Assembly (NCBI GenBank): GCA_951406725.2
Contig: OX597814.1
Span: forward strand, 207,576,001 to 207,640,000
Direction of reading: 5' to 3'
DNA length: 64,000 nucleotides
Origin: Octopus vulgaris
Taxonomy: Eukaryota
Shown one piece after another: positions 26,227 through 40,400 of this stretch (position 1 is the first letter of the stretch; each line of letters starts with the position of its first letter). Under the pieces are notes generated by a model. That model saw only the letters and a program-made list of their open reading frames with translations. It was not told the DNA's origin and did no database searches. The position numbers and the translations under genes are program-made.

Positions 26227-28615
26227 AGCATGAAAGACGGATATTGAATGAAGAGAAAGAGACTTCATTATTGCTTGATCAGTTGACAAAGATTTTGACA
26301 TACAGTAAAAGAGTTACAAATAGTTTTGGTCTATATAATATGCAGAATTATAAAGGAAACAAAAAATAGTTATGTTCTTTTCATGTTCTGAGTTAAAATC
26401 ATACTCATGTCAATTTTGTTTTACTTGCTTCCTGAGGCAATGAAATAATTACCAGTTAAGATGATTTAATCAACTGTGTCCTCCTCCATCATCATATTTA
26501 TGGCTGTGCCGATGTTAAAAATTGTTATTTAATATATAATAGGAATTTTTTTGGGAAAAAAATTGAACGGAAAATAACTATTTATTCTCTGCCTCTCTCT
26601 CTCTCTCAATGATCTCTCTTCTTAAACTTGCCCAATTTTTGCCTTTGATTAGCTAATCCAAATCATTTCACCCATCTCTTTCTTTCCAAAATCACAACCA
26701 CAGCTATATCAAATGACTACCACCAGCCCTGTCGCACAATCACAACCACCACTACCACAACTATCTCACCTCCCAAATTCATAATATCACTTTTCAGTTA
26801 TTTTTCACTAGATACCTCCCTGCTCACAACCTGTATATTTGTCATTCAAACACTAAACCTCACAAGACTAGTTGCATAGAAACTGTTTATTCTAAATGAT
26901 AATCTGCATCTCTTTTTCTTCTGTTCCCACTTTCACATCTTCCCCTTATATCTCCTTCTTCTTTCTCTTTACATCCCTCTTCTGATCTCAATAAATTACC
27001 TGTTGAGATTAAACATATGTTTAGTTTTATTTGAAAAGAAAGTCATCAGTAAGCTGTCATTATCAGATAACAGATGTTACACTTTGGCCCATGCATTCTC
27101 ACAGTTGCTGTCAGTTTATAATAGCCATTTGAATTCAAGAGTGTGTAAACATACTTCAATCTTCGCTGTAAAGATTGCTTTCAGGCTCAAACCTAAATTA
27201 ATGAAAGCATGAAATCAGGAAGCAGCCTATCATGATTTTGAATCTCATTAGACTCTCCGCAATCCTATTTCAATAACAACATACTCACAGAATCAGACCA
27301 AAAGTCTTGAAGCCCTGTAAACATTTTGCTGTTTTTTCTTTTAATGGTTTCAGTTGCTGGACTGTGGTCATGCTGGAGCATGACTTGTAAGGTTTTTTAT
27401 TCAGTTATATCGATTCCCCAGTACTTATGATTTACTATTTATTTTATTTGAATCTTGTTTGTCTGACTGCTAAACTAGGTGACACCAATTTTTAGATCAA
27501 TGTAAACACACACACTCTGTGCTTATGCATAGTTTTGTTCTGCTGAGTTCCACTCTCAAGGTATTGATCAACCCAAAGCATAGAATAGAATAGAGTTGCA
27601 CAAAAGTTCTGCACAGTGACATCAAACTGACAACTGTCTGTGTAACCTAAATGAGCATTAATTGAAACAGCAATAAATTCGATTTAGCTAAATGATCATA
27701 ACTTTCCTGACCAATTAGAGAATCTCACCACAGTCACTTCATCTGTTAGAAATACCAGCCAAATCTCATCCGGATCAAAATTGGAAAGTCTTACTAGACA
27801 ATGTAGTCTTAGATATATACAATATGATGATATGGTGATGACTGGAACATCTTTGATGTTAGGCCTGGTCATTCAGGACTGATTGGGGCTAAACAACGAT
27901 CATAATTACTACTTTCTGTATGTTACAGAATGTTTGTTTAGCTTTTTTATTTATTATTTTTTAATTATATATATTTTTTTTTATGGTATTTTATTTTTCT
28001 CAGTACTGGGAGTACTTGACAAGTAGATTTGAAGGCATTCTAGGGAGTCTTACTAGTCTACTTCCTCACCACACGCTTGCTTTAACATAGGTTTTACCCT
28101 AGAACATTATCAACACAGCAAGACTAATTATGTTTACATACACATAATTAGATCATGTAATATGCTATCTGAGGGGAAAGTAGTATTATTAATGTTAAGT
28201 TACAACCCAAAGAAGAGACAGGTTGAGTGGCAGTGGTGGTGGAGAATAGTTAGAGTTATCACTTGCAGGTAAAGACACAATGTTAACACAAATAACCTAT
28301 AGGAATTTCAAAAATAAACTAACAAAGAAGGAAAAAAACAAAAAAACAAAAACTGTTAATCATTTTATCAATCCCTAGAATCAGTAGATCTGACTATTAA
28401 TTTTGTTTTCAATAAATTGGAGCCTGAGAGACAAATCTTCTGTTGGTAATTATACTAGTTTGTTGCAAGCAACTTTCCTAGAAAATCTTTTTATTTATTT
28501 CCAACAGTATTACTTGTCTTGGAATTTTCAGCAGTTCCCCAATAACCTTATTAGTTTCCAAATATGATATAATAATAAAAGGAGGTTCACTTTCATATAT
28601 AGTTCACTCTCTTGT

Positions 28616-28872
28616 GGAGGCACATGGCTTAGTGGTTAAGGTGTTGGACTCATGATTGTAAGATTGTGATTTTGATTCCTGGACCACAGGTAATGTGTTA
28701 TGTTCCTGAGCGAAACACTTCATTTCACATTGCTCCAGTCCACTCAGCTGGCAAAAATGAGTGATTCTGTGACGGACGGGCATCCCCTCCAGGTGGGGAA
28801 TATATACACGCTATGGAAACCAGGAAACTAACCCTCATGAGTCAGTATGAATCAAGAGGGAAACTTTACCTT
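28616..28872 (+). mobile_element. SINE family E
   Basis: ggcacatggcttagtggttaagg A box; core ttcctgagcgaaacacttcatttcacattgctccagtccactcagctg; tail aactttacc. Confidence 0.85.
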
Positions 28873-29612
28873 TTTTACTCTCTTCATAGACTGTGCATTG
28901 ACAAAATCATTAAATTGTTGTGTAGAATTCCTTGCTGTATTCATTTATTTGTGTAGAATTTGCTTGCTGTATTCATTTGTGTTCCCAGCTCAAATCTTGG
29001 AAGTCATCATTAATTTTTATCATTTTGAGGTCAACAAATAAAGTACCAATATCCCCTTTGATTTTTCTTTTTTGTTTCTCTTCCTCACTGGTTGCTACCT
29101 GTAGTTTAAAGGTCCTGCTTTGTCAATTGGTGTCATGCTGAATTTGACTTAAGAATTGCATTAAGGGTAGATGTATAAGTGGAATAACCAACCACTTACA
29201 CATTGATTTCATGATTAGAAAATTCCATTGGTCAGACAACTAATACACATCATTGAAACTGATGGAGGTTTGAATGCAGCAGTCATTTCTGTTGTAACTC
29301 TTCTGCAAAAACTTGCCTGTAGCATAAGGGAAACCATTAAACAAACTCAAAAGTACTTGCATTAAATTCAACTGAAAGCATTTATTTTTTTTATTTTTGC
29401 AATGCAGAGTCTCTCATATTTTTATTGACAAATGTACATGACAAAAATATATTTAAAATCCATGCTAAAACAGTTAACAGCAAGATAAAATGTTTTGTAC
29501 AAAATGCAGCAGAACATAATTTCATTTGTACTTTGTTCTCCAATATTTGTGAAAGTTGGAATCAAGCCGAACCTGCTCTATATTCAGTTCATATATTACC
29601 ACACACACAGGG

Positions 29613-30000
29613 GCACAGGCATGGGTTGCGGTTAAGAAACTCACTTTCCAATCATGTGGTGTCATGTTCAGTCCCACTCAGAGCACCTTGAGCAAATGTC
29701 TTCTATTACAGCTCTCAGCTGACCTAAGCCATGTGAGTGGATTTGGTAGATGGAATATATAAGAAACCTATCGTGTATGTTTGTGTCGTTGTCTTGATAT
29801 CATTGTTGTAAATGAGCATCACCTTCATAGAAACAGTGTCATTTGTTTCCGATTTTCCATGTAAATTATATTTAGGTATGGAGGAAATATTACCTTGCTT
29901 GGAAACAGGCGAGGGTTGACAATAGGAAGGGCATCCAGCCATAGAAATTTTGCCTCACCTATGCAAGGCAAGTATGGAAGAGTGAAGATTAAGATAGTGT
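29613..30000 (+). mobile_element. SINE with family A head/core but an RTE-like tail (family A2); similar copy at ~31800-32130
   Basis: Head and core as in family A, then ggaaatattaccttgcttggaaacagg...gggttgacaataggaagggcatccagcc, matching the RTE 3' end motif. Confidence 0.75.
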
Positions 30001-30017
30001 GTGAATTATCTTGCCAT

Positions 30018-30590
30018 ACAGGAATAGCTGTGTAATAAGAATCTTGCTTCCCCGACACATGGTTCCCGGTTCAGTCCCATTGTGTGGCATTTTGGGCAAG
30101 TATTTTCTACTGCAGCCTCTGGCTGACCAAAATCGTATGAGTGGATTTGGTAGACAGAAACTGAAAGAAGCCTGTGCCAGGCGGTGAGCTGGCAGAAACG
30201 TTAGCAAGCTGGGCGAAATGCATAGCCACATTTCGTCTGCCGTTACGTTCTGAGTTCACATTCCACCGAGGTCGACTTTGCCCTTCATCCTTTCGGGGTC
30301 GATATAATCGACTTAATCTGTTTGTCTGTCCTTGTTTGTCCTCTCTGTGTTTAGCCCCTTGTGGGTAGTAAAGAAATAAGAAACTGAAAGATGCCTATCG
30401 TATGTGTGTGTATATGTGTCTCACCACCACTTGACAACTGGTGTTGGTGTGTTTATGACCCCATAACTTAACAGTTTAGCAAAAGAGACCAATAGAATTA
30501 GTACCAGGCTTAAAAAATAAAAAAGTTCTGGGATTGATTCATTAGACTAAAATATGGCCATAGTCTAATGACTGAAACAAGTAAAAGAAT
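30018..30590 (+). mobile_element. SINE family A interrupted by a young family B SINE (~30174-30378)
   Basis: Target duplication agaaactgaaaga(a/t)gcct at 30156-30173 and 30379-30396 surrounds a CpG-rich family B copy. Confidence 0.9.
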
Positions 30591-31291
30591 ACAAGCCAAA
30601 GCAAATCAGCTCAAAGTGAGCCAATGATCAAGCCTCTATGTGGTCAATTAACTTGCAAGAAATAGCAACCATATCCCTTTTACACAATACTGTTTTCCAT
30701 TCAAATCAGGAGGACTAGACACTTTAACACTACTTGACTTCACCTTTAACAGGGTAACTGTCAACTTGACCCTAGTTCATCTGTGAGTGAATGTGTGTAT
30801 AGAATTTCCTCAAATCTGATTCCTCTTCAGTTCACCAAAGCATTGTGAATGTCTACTTGTTGAAAAAGGTTAAATAAATTCTTAATTAATTTCACCAAGG
30901 TCATATGACACCACTCAATCACTAGTCCCCTTCCACACACACCTACCTTTTATTTTTCTTAAAGTAATTAGATATTTCTCTGATGTACTTAGTAGTAGTA
31001 GTAGTGTTTGAAGTTAGGACACTGAGGTCAGTAATTCAGTGTCTGAAGCTTAAAGCGAAAATAAACATAGAATTAAAGAAAACTACACTGGTTCCAGCTG
31101 TTGCATTTCATCTATTTTGTAGATAAGGAAAAGATAAGCTGCTAAGAAAAGATGTGACTGTGTTCCAGTTATTGCTGAGGTTTAGTTACAAACGGTACAT
31201 TTCAGGAAGATCTATGATTGAAAATATTCCAGTCATGACCATCCAACTTTTTCTTAGACTATAGTTATTTATGATACATTTAGCTTATATA

Positions 31292-31521
31292 TCTCTTTAC
31301 TCTCTTTTACTCTTTTACTTGTTTCAGTCATTTGACTGCGGCCATGCTGGAGCACCGCCTTTAGTCGAGCAAATCGACCCCGGGACTCATTCTTTTTGTA
31401 AGCCCAGTACTTATTCTATCGGTCTCTTTTTGCCGAACCGCTAAGTGACGGGGACGTAAACACACCAGCATCGGTTGTCAAGCAATGCTAGGGGGACGAA
31501 CACAAACACACACACATACAT

Positions 31522-31552
<31 letters not shown>

Positions 31553-31710
31553 CGACAGGCTTCTTTCAGTTTCCGTCTACCAAATCCACTCACAAGGCAT
31601 TGGTCGGCCCGGGGCTATAGCAGAAGACACTTGCCCAAGATGCCACGCAGTGGGACTGAACCCGGAACCCTGTGGTTGGTTAGCAAGCTACTTACCACAC
31701 AGCCACTCCT
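31292..31710 (-). mobile_element. SINE family A, young full-length copy
   Basis: Reverse complement of 9333-9747 with CpGs intact. Confidence 0.92.
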
Positions 31711-32254
31711 TCATTTTATTTTATTTTATTTTCCTAATGATAGCATGTGTTTTGATGGAGATTTACCCCTTTGGCAGTTTTGAATCTTTGTTGTATAGGT
31801 GCAGGTGTGACTGTGTAGGTAAGAAGCTTGCTCCCTGACCTTTGGTTCAGTCCCACTGCATGGCATCTTGGACTAGTGTCTTCTGCTGTAGCCCAGGCCC
31901 AATCAAAGCATTGTGAATATAGACATCATGTGATGGTTGTAAATGAGCATCATCATCATCATATAAATGAGGTTATTTGTTTTCAGTCTTCAGTGAAAAA
32001 CATGTCTGGTCATAGGAAGATATTACCGAGCTTGGAAATAGACAAGGATTAGTGACAGGAAGGGTATCCGGCTGTAAAAAATCTCCACCAGCAAATTCTG
32101 TCTGACCTGTGCAAGCATGGTCATTAAATGGTCATGGTGTATGTTTGCTCATTTCTCTTCAAGCTGATAATGTTCTCCTCCCTTCCCCTTGAAATAAAAT
32201 GGTATAAATGTAACAATCACCACTCTGATAATAGATAAAGCACTTTAATGCCTA

Positions 32255-32290
<36 letters not shown>

Positions 32291-33628
32291 TTCATCTATT
32301 TCTAATTAAGAAATTTGTTTACTCGAGCTTAAGCTAAAAATGAAATTAATACCATAGATTAAATTTTCCCTCCCCTCTTCCCTCTTGGTATTGTTTTAGC
32401 TGAATAGGTTATGGTGACATCTCCCGTTAACATATTATGATAAATAAACTTGCTTGGAATATCATTTTCCATGCTTAATCAAAGGTTGGAAATATGTTTA
32501 GATATTATATTAACGAACAGAAAACTGTGTTTAAAAAAAGCAAGGAAAAAAAGGCATTTTCTACAGATCCATAAACAAGCTTATTTAAGTTTGAGTGTGC
32601 AGTTCATACTTGAAAGTGCATTTGCACACAGAAAAAGATATTCCCATCCCTAATACACTATGTACCTGTGTGTATATGTACACACACACACACATGCATG
32701 CACATACACACAAGCTTCTCCAACAATTGTTAATGAATATTCAGATGCCTTTCTGAACATAAACCTTCAGAAATACACATATACATAAAACAAAACATAC
32801 ACACGCACACACATACACATACATACATATATATATCTTCTTCTTATTATTATTTTGTACAATTTCTTTTTTAAATTTATATCTTTTAATTACAATATAA
32901 TATACTTAATTGAATGTTTGTTTGTAATGTCTTGTAGCAGTCTTTTGTCATAAGCCATAAATGTGTATGTTGTGGGTATGTGTACATATGTGTGTGAGGG
33001 TGGAGAGAGAGAGAGAGAGAGAAGGAGTTTTACCACTAGTCATTTCACTATTTCTTTCTCTCTCTTTCTCTCTCTCTCTTTCTCTCAACTCTCCCCTCTT
33101 AGTTCTCTAATTTTCTGTCTGCTTGGCAAAAAATGCTTTAATATCAGCAAAAATAGCATTTAAGAAAAAATAACAATTTTTATCAATAAATGAAATTGAG
33201 TGGTAATTTTTCTCTTTATGATGGTTGTGGCAGTGATGGTTGGGTTGGGAGACACTGAACAGAGATCTTGTAATGTCATGATGCAGAGGAAAATAGTTTA
33301 AATAATCACCGTGAAAGCTTACTTTGATATTTAAATCAGCTCTTAGCATATGTGTATGTGTGTTGCGTTGTATGTGTGTATGCATCTCTGTGTGTATTTA
33401 TGCTTGCAAACTTACTTATATATGAGTAATTCTGTTTTAAATTCAAATGAGTGTGTATGTACATACATACATAAAACATATGACTAATTTTGCTGCTCTG
33501 AATAAATTTACTGACTGTTTGTATATCAGTCAGGATGAAGTATTTTCCAAGGAAGGCTGAAGTTATATCTGAAAAGGATGTTTGTAACTGAATTCTTAAC
33601 CCTTCCCTCCTCCATTTTATATATAATA

Positions 33629-34011
33629 CTAACAGTATAGCCCAGCATTGCTCAGGTTTGTTTCGACCCTTTAGAATTGGAATTTTTGAAAAGTAAAAAT
33701 TTTTGCATTATGTAGCTTGTTATTCTCTTTAAGTGAACATTTTTCTGGTTGAAATACACCGAAAAATGGCGACACAGCAGTAAAAAAATAGGGATTTTCA
33801 TAGAAAAAAAGCACCTTTTTGATGTAAATAATTTTTGGTCTTAACATAGTCCGATTTGAATTTTATCTTCTACAGAAAGAAGAGCAAGCCTTCATACTCT
33901 TCATACTCTTAATTTTGGTCAACTTGCACCACAGAGTCTCGGAGGAGATAGTGTTAGTTGAAGGCTACCAAACCTGCCACATATACACAACTTCAGTTTT
34001 ATATATATAGA
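33629..34011 (-). mobile_element. Non-autonomous Helitron
   Basis: The minus strand starts a|TCtatatatataaaa and ends cctgagcaatgctgggctatactgTTAG|t (subterminal hairpin, CTAG variant). Same termini as 62001-62386. Confidence 0.8.
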
Positions 34012-34065
34012 TTAAGAGCACTTCCTGTTCAATTTTTGAGGTGATTTGGTCTGCAAAAGCCACTA

Positions 34066-35662
34066 AAATGTTTATACATGTATATGTACCATTAAGTAGT
34101 AATTCAGAGAATGGAGCCTTGAAAGGGGTGTCCTGTTGTCTTCTCCAGGCTCAGCAAATGATTTTAGCCCAGCACTGTATGATAAGACATTTCTCTATGT
34201 ATACACTTCCTTCCTAGATTGCTTATTCCAATAAGTTCCACTGCCCATGGTACATATTTAGATGAGATTCATGCATAGAATCCAACATGTTGCATGAACA
34301 CAACTCAAGGCAATAGTGTATGAAATCCACGCACTTGCAGAAAATGCATTGTTTCGGGCCTTTGTTATCGAGATAGAGACTTGAAACCTACTCTGGCCAT
34401 AACTACACCACGCCTTCTATAGATGTGTAAATTTTCAGCTCGGTCCTAGCATGTCTAGTGCCATTGAATCCTTACCAAAGCCAAAGTGTTCTGGGTTTGA
34501 TCCCATTGCTTTGCACCTTGGGCAAGTATTCTATTATATGCTTGGGGTGATGCAAACCTCTTGAGCAAAACTGGAGAAATGCATGTTGTGCAGAAGCCTG
34601 TTGCATGGGCTTTAATTGTTCTTATGTCATAGATACAACCCTTTGCTTGTTTCACATCACCACTTCACCATCTTAGAGAACGGTAACTCTAAATAAAAAC
34701 CGGTGTTCAACTCTTTAGTCCTGCTCTTGTGCTGGTAAAATGATAAAATATATGCCATCTCAGTTGATGGTAAAGGTCTGTGACAGGGGGTGAGACACTG
34801 TGAATCTTGTGCAACCCATATCAGCATGGAATAGCAGGTGTGAAAAGATGTCAAAGGCACTGCCCATTCCGTTCTCACAGTGTATGCAATTTTTATCTAC
34901 CACTAGAGAAATGTTTATACATTTATGTACCATTTTAATTCAGAGAATGGAGCCTTGAAAGGGGTGTCCTGTTGTCTTCTCCAGGCTCAGCAAATGATTT
35001 TAGCCCAGCACTGTATGATAAGACATTTCTCAAGTATACACTTCCTTCCTAGATTGCTTATTCCAATAAGTTCCACTGCCCATGGTACATATTTAGATGA
35101 GATTGGACTGGATTGTTAAAACTTACTGTGCAATACCAGAGTCAAAATCTGAACATAAACTCCTCCAGCTGTTAGGCAAACACCTTAATAATTTGATGGT
35201 CTTCATTGAATGGTGTGGCTTCATTGAATGGTTGTGTGGTTAAGAAGTTTGCTTTGCAATAATTAATCATAGAGTTCTGGGTTTGATCTCATTGCTTTGC
35301 ACCTTGGGCAAGTATTCTATTATATGCTTGGGGTGATGCAAACCTCTTGAGTAAAACTGGAGAAATGCAAGTTGTGCAGAAGCCTGTTGCATGGACTTTA
35401 ATTGTTCTTATGTCATAGATACAACCCTTTGCTTGTTTCACATCACCACTTCACCCTGAGTATCTTTTGCTGAATTTATTTTGATGTAAATAGTAAACAT
35501 TGAGACCAGGTATTTGATATGAGTATACATGCGCTGTTCTCTACTGAGTTGTATTTTCTTCCTTCCTTTCCCATACTATTTTCAGGGGCCCTGCAAATGT
35601 CAAAAGCACTGCCCTTTCCGTTCTAAGTTATGCAATTTTTATCTACCATAGAGAAAGTTTAC
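34066..35662. repeat. Patchwork tandem duplication, ~0.8-kb period
   Basis: Near-identical block pairs 34066-34269/34909-35104, 34488-34669/35274-35455 and 34848-34915/35597-35662, separated by non-homologous segments. Confidence 0.9.
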
Positions 35663-36271
35663 TATTTTTTAAAATTCTTGGTTTGGCTCTCTGGGACCAT
35701 ATCTAACCTATTTTTGTTATAATCTTGATATCCTCATTCTCTTTAAAATTCAACATGTTTATCTCCAAATGTTGCGGTATGTATGTTATGTATGTATGAC
35801 TGCATCAAGAATATTAAGAGGTTGAGAGTAGGTAAAATGTAATTTAACTCAAACTGATCACCATGTAAACTAGTAACAAAAACATTCACTAGATATAATT
35901 GTATAAGTTTGTTTGGTATATTTTAAATAAATCATAGATGTCTTTAACTTTGAAATTAAATTGTTCTTGATATTAAACATTATAAGAACCAATTTCAGAT
36001 GGAGAAGCTGGTTGAAAATCTGCATCTGTTGCTGCCTGCTGTTCGTATTCAGGCCAGTGATCAAGACTGTATATGATTGCTCAATTTGCAATAAATACCA
36101 ACCAAATTTCCTTAAAATTGCACTTTATCATTTAAGAAAAAAAAGTCATGTACCCAGAATACTATATATAAAAAAAATAGATGGGATTGTTACAGCAGGA
36201 AGGCCTTTAGTCAAAGCTCTGTTTTAATCTGAGCTTGTCCTGGCTAAACAAGTACTAATATTACAATCACT

Positions 36272-36500
36272 GTGAAGGCGGCAAGCTGGCAGAAACTTTA
36301 CTGCTCTGGGAAAAGTGTTTTATGGCATTTTTTCCAACTTTACATTCTGAGTTCAAATACTTCCACAGTCAACTTTGCCTTTCATCCTTTCAGGGCTGAT
36401 AAAATAAAGTACCAGTTGATCACTGGAGTCAATGTAATTGATTTATCCTATTCCCTGAAATTGTGGGCTGTGTACTAACATTTGAAATCAGTATTACAAT
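36272..36500 (+). mobile_element. SINE family B
   Basis: aaggcggcaagctggcagaa head; gtcaactttgcctttcatcctttcagggctgataaaataaagtaccag core. Confidence 0.85.
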
Positions 36501-39500
36501 CAATGGTTCTAGAAGAAAAATCTCATTACCACCATCAATAGTGAGTCAACAAGAGAGCTTATATATAGTCACTGAACAGACTACAAATCTCCCACATGAC
36601 ATAATTTAGTCTTAGATATACAATGTGTGAAAAGGCAGGACTGTCATGGTTAGAATGTCTGCTGGAGCTGACCTAGGAGATCTAAACAACAACAACACTA
36701 TCATTACCATTTCTATTGCTATTACTGTCAGTTGACTAGATTTGTGGTGACAGCAAATCTCCTTTAATTACCGGTACTTTTTCTACTGCTAATGCTGCAA
36801 TCTGACAGATACTGAGGAGTGCAAGGTTAAATATAGTATTTCATTGTTGCCCTATATTCTGGGATCGTGCCTTCTCCAACATCATTATGATTTTTCCCCT
36901 CTTCTATGTTTGTGAGATAAGAAGCAATAGGAATAAAGTCATTTAGTCTTGAGCCCTATCAAAAGAAATGATTCTTGCTGTTCTTATTCTCCTAATAATC
37001 AAATGAACCTGATACCTGTTTCCTAGCCTCGTTTAAAACTATCATTTTATTTCACTGTCAGAAAATGGTACCCCCCCCCCCCAAAAAAAAAAAAAACAAA
37101 CATATTCTCATTCTTTAAACTTTAATCAAACTGACAAAAAAGCATCTAGGTAACCACTCAATCTTCTAGAAATAGCTACCAAATCATTCTCAGATCACAC
37201 CCTAACTGTTTTAAAAAAGAACACCTAAGATAATGTAGTCCTAGATATATGGTCTGGAAAAAAAAAAAAAAAGAGTAGTATGGTCATGTAAGGAAAACTT
37301 TTCATTATAGATTTACTCACTTAGAACCAAACTTAGTATAATCAACTATTTAAACCTCAATTGCTAATATTTGTATTGTTTTAAATAAACACACCTTCAT
37401 GTATTTAACCATTGTAACCATTCTACCAGAAACCTCCACCAAATGTTTACTGTTTCAATTGATTTTGTTTTTCTTTTTTTTCTTTTCATTCTTATGCTAT
37501 AGCTGAATAAGATTCTGGGCCCCAGCTCCAAATTATATTAACTAAAACCCACGTTTTCGTGTCTGTAGACAAAATACATTGATTTACCTCACCTATTAGG
37601 TTTTTATGCATAAATTGCTGACTAGATTGTAAGAATGGCTCTGAGTTATAAAAATGTACATTGTGTGTTAACAATTTTTCTGTTTTGTTATATTACATCA
37701 TTTTCCCTGTGAGATCTTTTAGGCAGAGCAACTATTTTTATACAGTTGGATGCCTTTCCTGCTGCTAACTATTCAACTGTAAAGTAGAAATGAAATGTGT
37801 TTTTTTATGACTAGAGAAAGTAGAGTTGTATGATTTGATCTAGGGCTCAACATAAGGGTGCAGTAACATTTGAACTTTTTTAAAAACATAAAAAGGGTAA
37901 GAGCTAACAAGGGCGCAATCAACATGCTTGAAATAGTAGCCAAATCTCATGCAACTTACACCGTACCATCTAGAATGAGAGATGGAACATTGGATAGTCT
38001 CTGGTATACATAAAGGACAGTCATAGTGGGAAAACATTTGAGTATAGATCTGCTCAGAGTTGACTTGAAGCTAAACACCAGCAACATTAAATGAACAATT
38101 GTCTTTACATTGTAATACATTTCTGACAATATCTGGTCTTGTCTTAATTACTATAATAAAGCATTTTAAAATTAAATAAAAATAGAAAAACTATTTTATT
38201 TTCAAACAATAGTATGAAGGAAAAATTGTAAGTGAAAGGTATCAACCATATCAAATGACCAGATAGATATTTTGTATAAAAGCTGCTTTCTGTTCATAAT
38301 CTCCAACCAGACTAACCTTAGAAGATTCGTTCTTGATTTATATATTTTTGATACACTTCATGACTGTATGCTGTTGCCATTTATTACTACATAAATTGGA
38401 AGCCCCCTAACCTCTCTAAAACTGACACTTTAATTGGTCAGTTATAACAATGATTGTTACTTTTGTACATATTAGGCAGACATTTTGTCTGTTATATTTT
38501 TTCATCAAAACAGAGAAGAAAAAAAGTCCCCTCATTGATAATCAGCCTTGACATTTAGTCTTTTTTTCTTTTGTTTTGTTCTGTTCTTTTTGTTACATCC
38601 TCTTTCCCTAAATAAATATATTAGATAGACAAAACTACTTTTAAATAAGTTAGGTCAGGTCAGTATCATTCCATTCACATGTTATTTGAACATCAATGTA
38701 GGGAGGGTGAAATGTGATTTATGGAGCCTGACTCCCGATGCCTTTATGCCATCAAAGATAATCCTTTTGTGTCAGATGCTTTCAATGAAATGCACAGCAT
38801 ATATTTTTCAATTAATTTCGAAAATAATGAAGAATCTGAAAAAAATTGATAATGTAACATTTTTCTTATTAAGTTGAGGTTTGTAACATATCTTAAAAGG
38901 TTATTACATAAAAAAACTATAATGGGAAAGTTATAATTTCAACCTGATCTCTTTAAAGTGAGCATTCTGTATAAGAGAAAAAAAGCCTCAACTGGGTTGA
39001 TTGCTAAAGAGTTAATGCCTTCCTGTAATGTTATATTCTCTGTTAGTCGCTTTTACATTGCATTCTGACAGGAGTACTAAAATAGTTATTAGTAATATGC
39101 TAGAGTTGACTCAATTAATCATAATTTTTTTTTTTTTTGTAAATGGCAAAATTGGTACAATCATACAGTGATTTTTGTTGTTGTTGTTATTTTTGGTGCA
39201 AGAATAGCCATGTTAAAAAGTTCACTTTGGAACCACATGGTTTAGGATCTTTTTCTCTACTGCTTGGCACTCTTAGCTGATGTCTGTTACTATGGCTGCC
39301 AGCTGACCAATGCCTTGTGAGAGAAATGGTTGATAGAAATTGTTTAAAGCCTGGCTCATGTGTATGTAAATCTTATAAATCATCTTCATACATACATACA
39401 TACAAACACACAAACAAACAAACACACATCATCATTTAGCATCCATTATCCATGCTGGTATGGGTTGGACAGTTTGACTAGGGCTGACAAACTGAAGGGT

Positions 39501-40079
39501 TGCACCAGATCCTAGTCTGATTTGACATTGTTTCAGGGGTTGGATGTCCTTCCTAATGCCAACCACTCTAATATGGAAGGCACGCTACTAGGGACATACC
39601 CAAAATACAGTTTAGATGCTAAATTTTAAATTTAAAAGCTAAAATCTTCAGGCATGGCTGTGTAGCAAGAAACTTGCTTTCCAAATTGTTTCTGATTTAG
39701 GCACAAAGTCAACACTTTTTTGCGAGGGTGACTTAGCTGATTTAATTAAGCCCAGTACTTAACTGGTACTTTAGTTTGCTTTTCTTCTGATTTCAGAAGA
39801 ATGAAAGGCAAAGTTGAGCTGGATGTGATTTGAACTCAAAATGTAAAGATTTGGTTAAAAAAAACCCAAAAAAACACCCATTAAGACAACCTCTGCCTCT
39901 CAGATGACTTTGCCAATCAACTGTAAAACTAATTGCAAAGTCCACAATTGTGTCAACTGCTAATTGTTGTCATTTCAGTTCACTTACGTTGTTAATTATT
40001 TCTCCCTCCCTCTCCCAACCCCCTTCTTCTCTCTTTACTTTAGAGAATGTGGGTGTACCCAAGAGTTTCACAATCCTTT

Positions 40080-40400
40080 TAAGACTGGTAGAGGTCAATT
40101 CTGATAATTTTGTCGAACAGTTGCATGTAAACAAATCTAGGGGAAAATGTAAACAGAGAAGGAATTCCAAAGAGCTGACATTCTGGGAAAGGAAGACTAG
40201 GGCCATAAAATTGCTATTGCCAAGCTTGAAGTGGACAATTTCCTGGTAATGAGGAGAGGAGAGGAGAGGAGTGAGTCGAAAATGCTCTCTGCCACTGGCC
40301 TCAGAGCTGACCGGTCTTATACCGCTTATACTCAAAGAAGCACAGACCATTGTAGTGTAAAAGACAGAAAAAGGAAACATGGGCTGTGTGCTGTATCTAA
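40080..40400 (-). pseudogene. Degenerate LINE ORF2 3' end (same group as 20.3-21.6 kb)
   Basis: Minus-strand fragments HYNGLC and FPRMSALWNS...IFP. Confidence 0.55.

Noticed and set aside
28020-28065. Short hairpin (aagtagatt...agtctactt) as a pre-miRNA
   Set aside because: The stem is short and interrupted and the loop is too small; this is expected by chance.
39970-40380. 136-aa minus-strand ORF
   Set aside because: It overlaps a degenerate LINE 3' end whose motifs lie in other frames.
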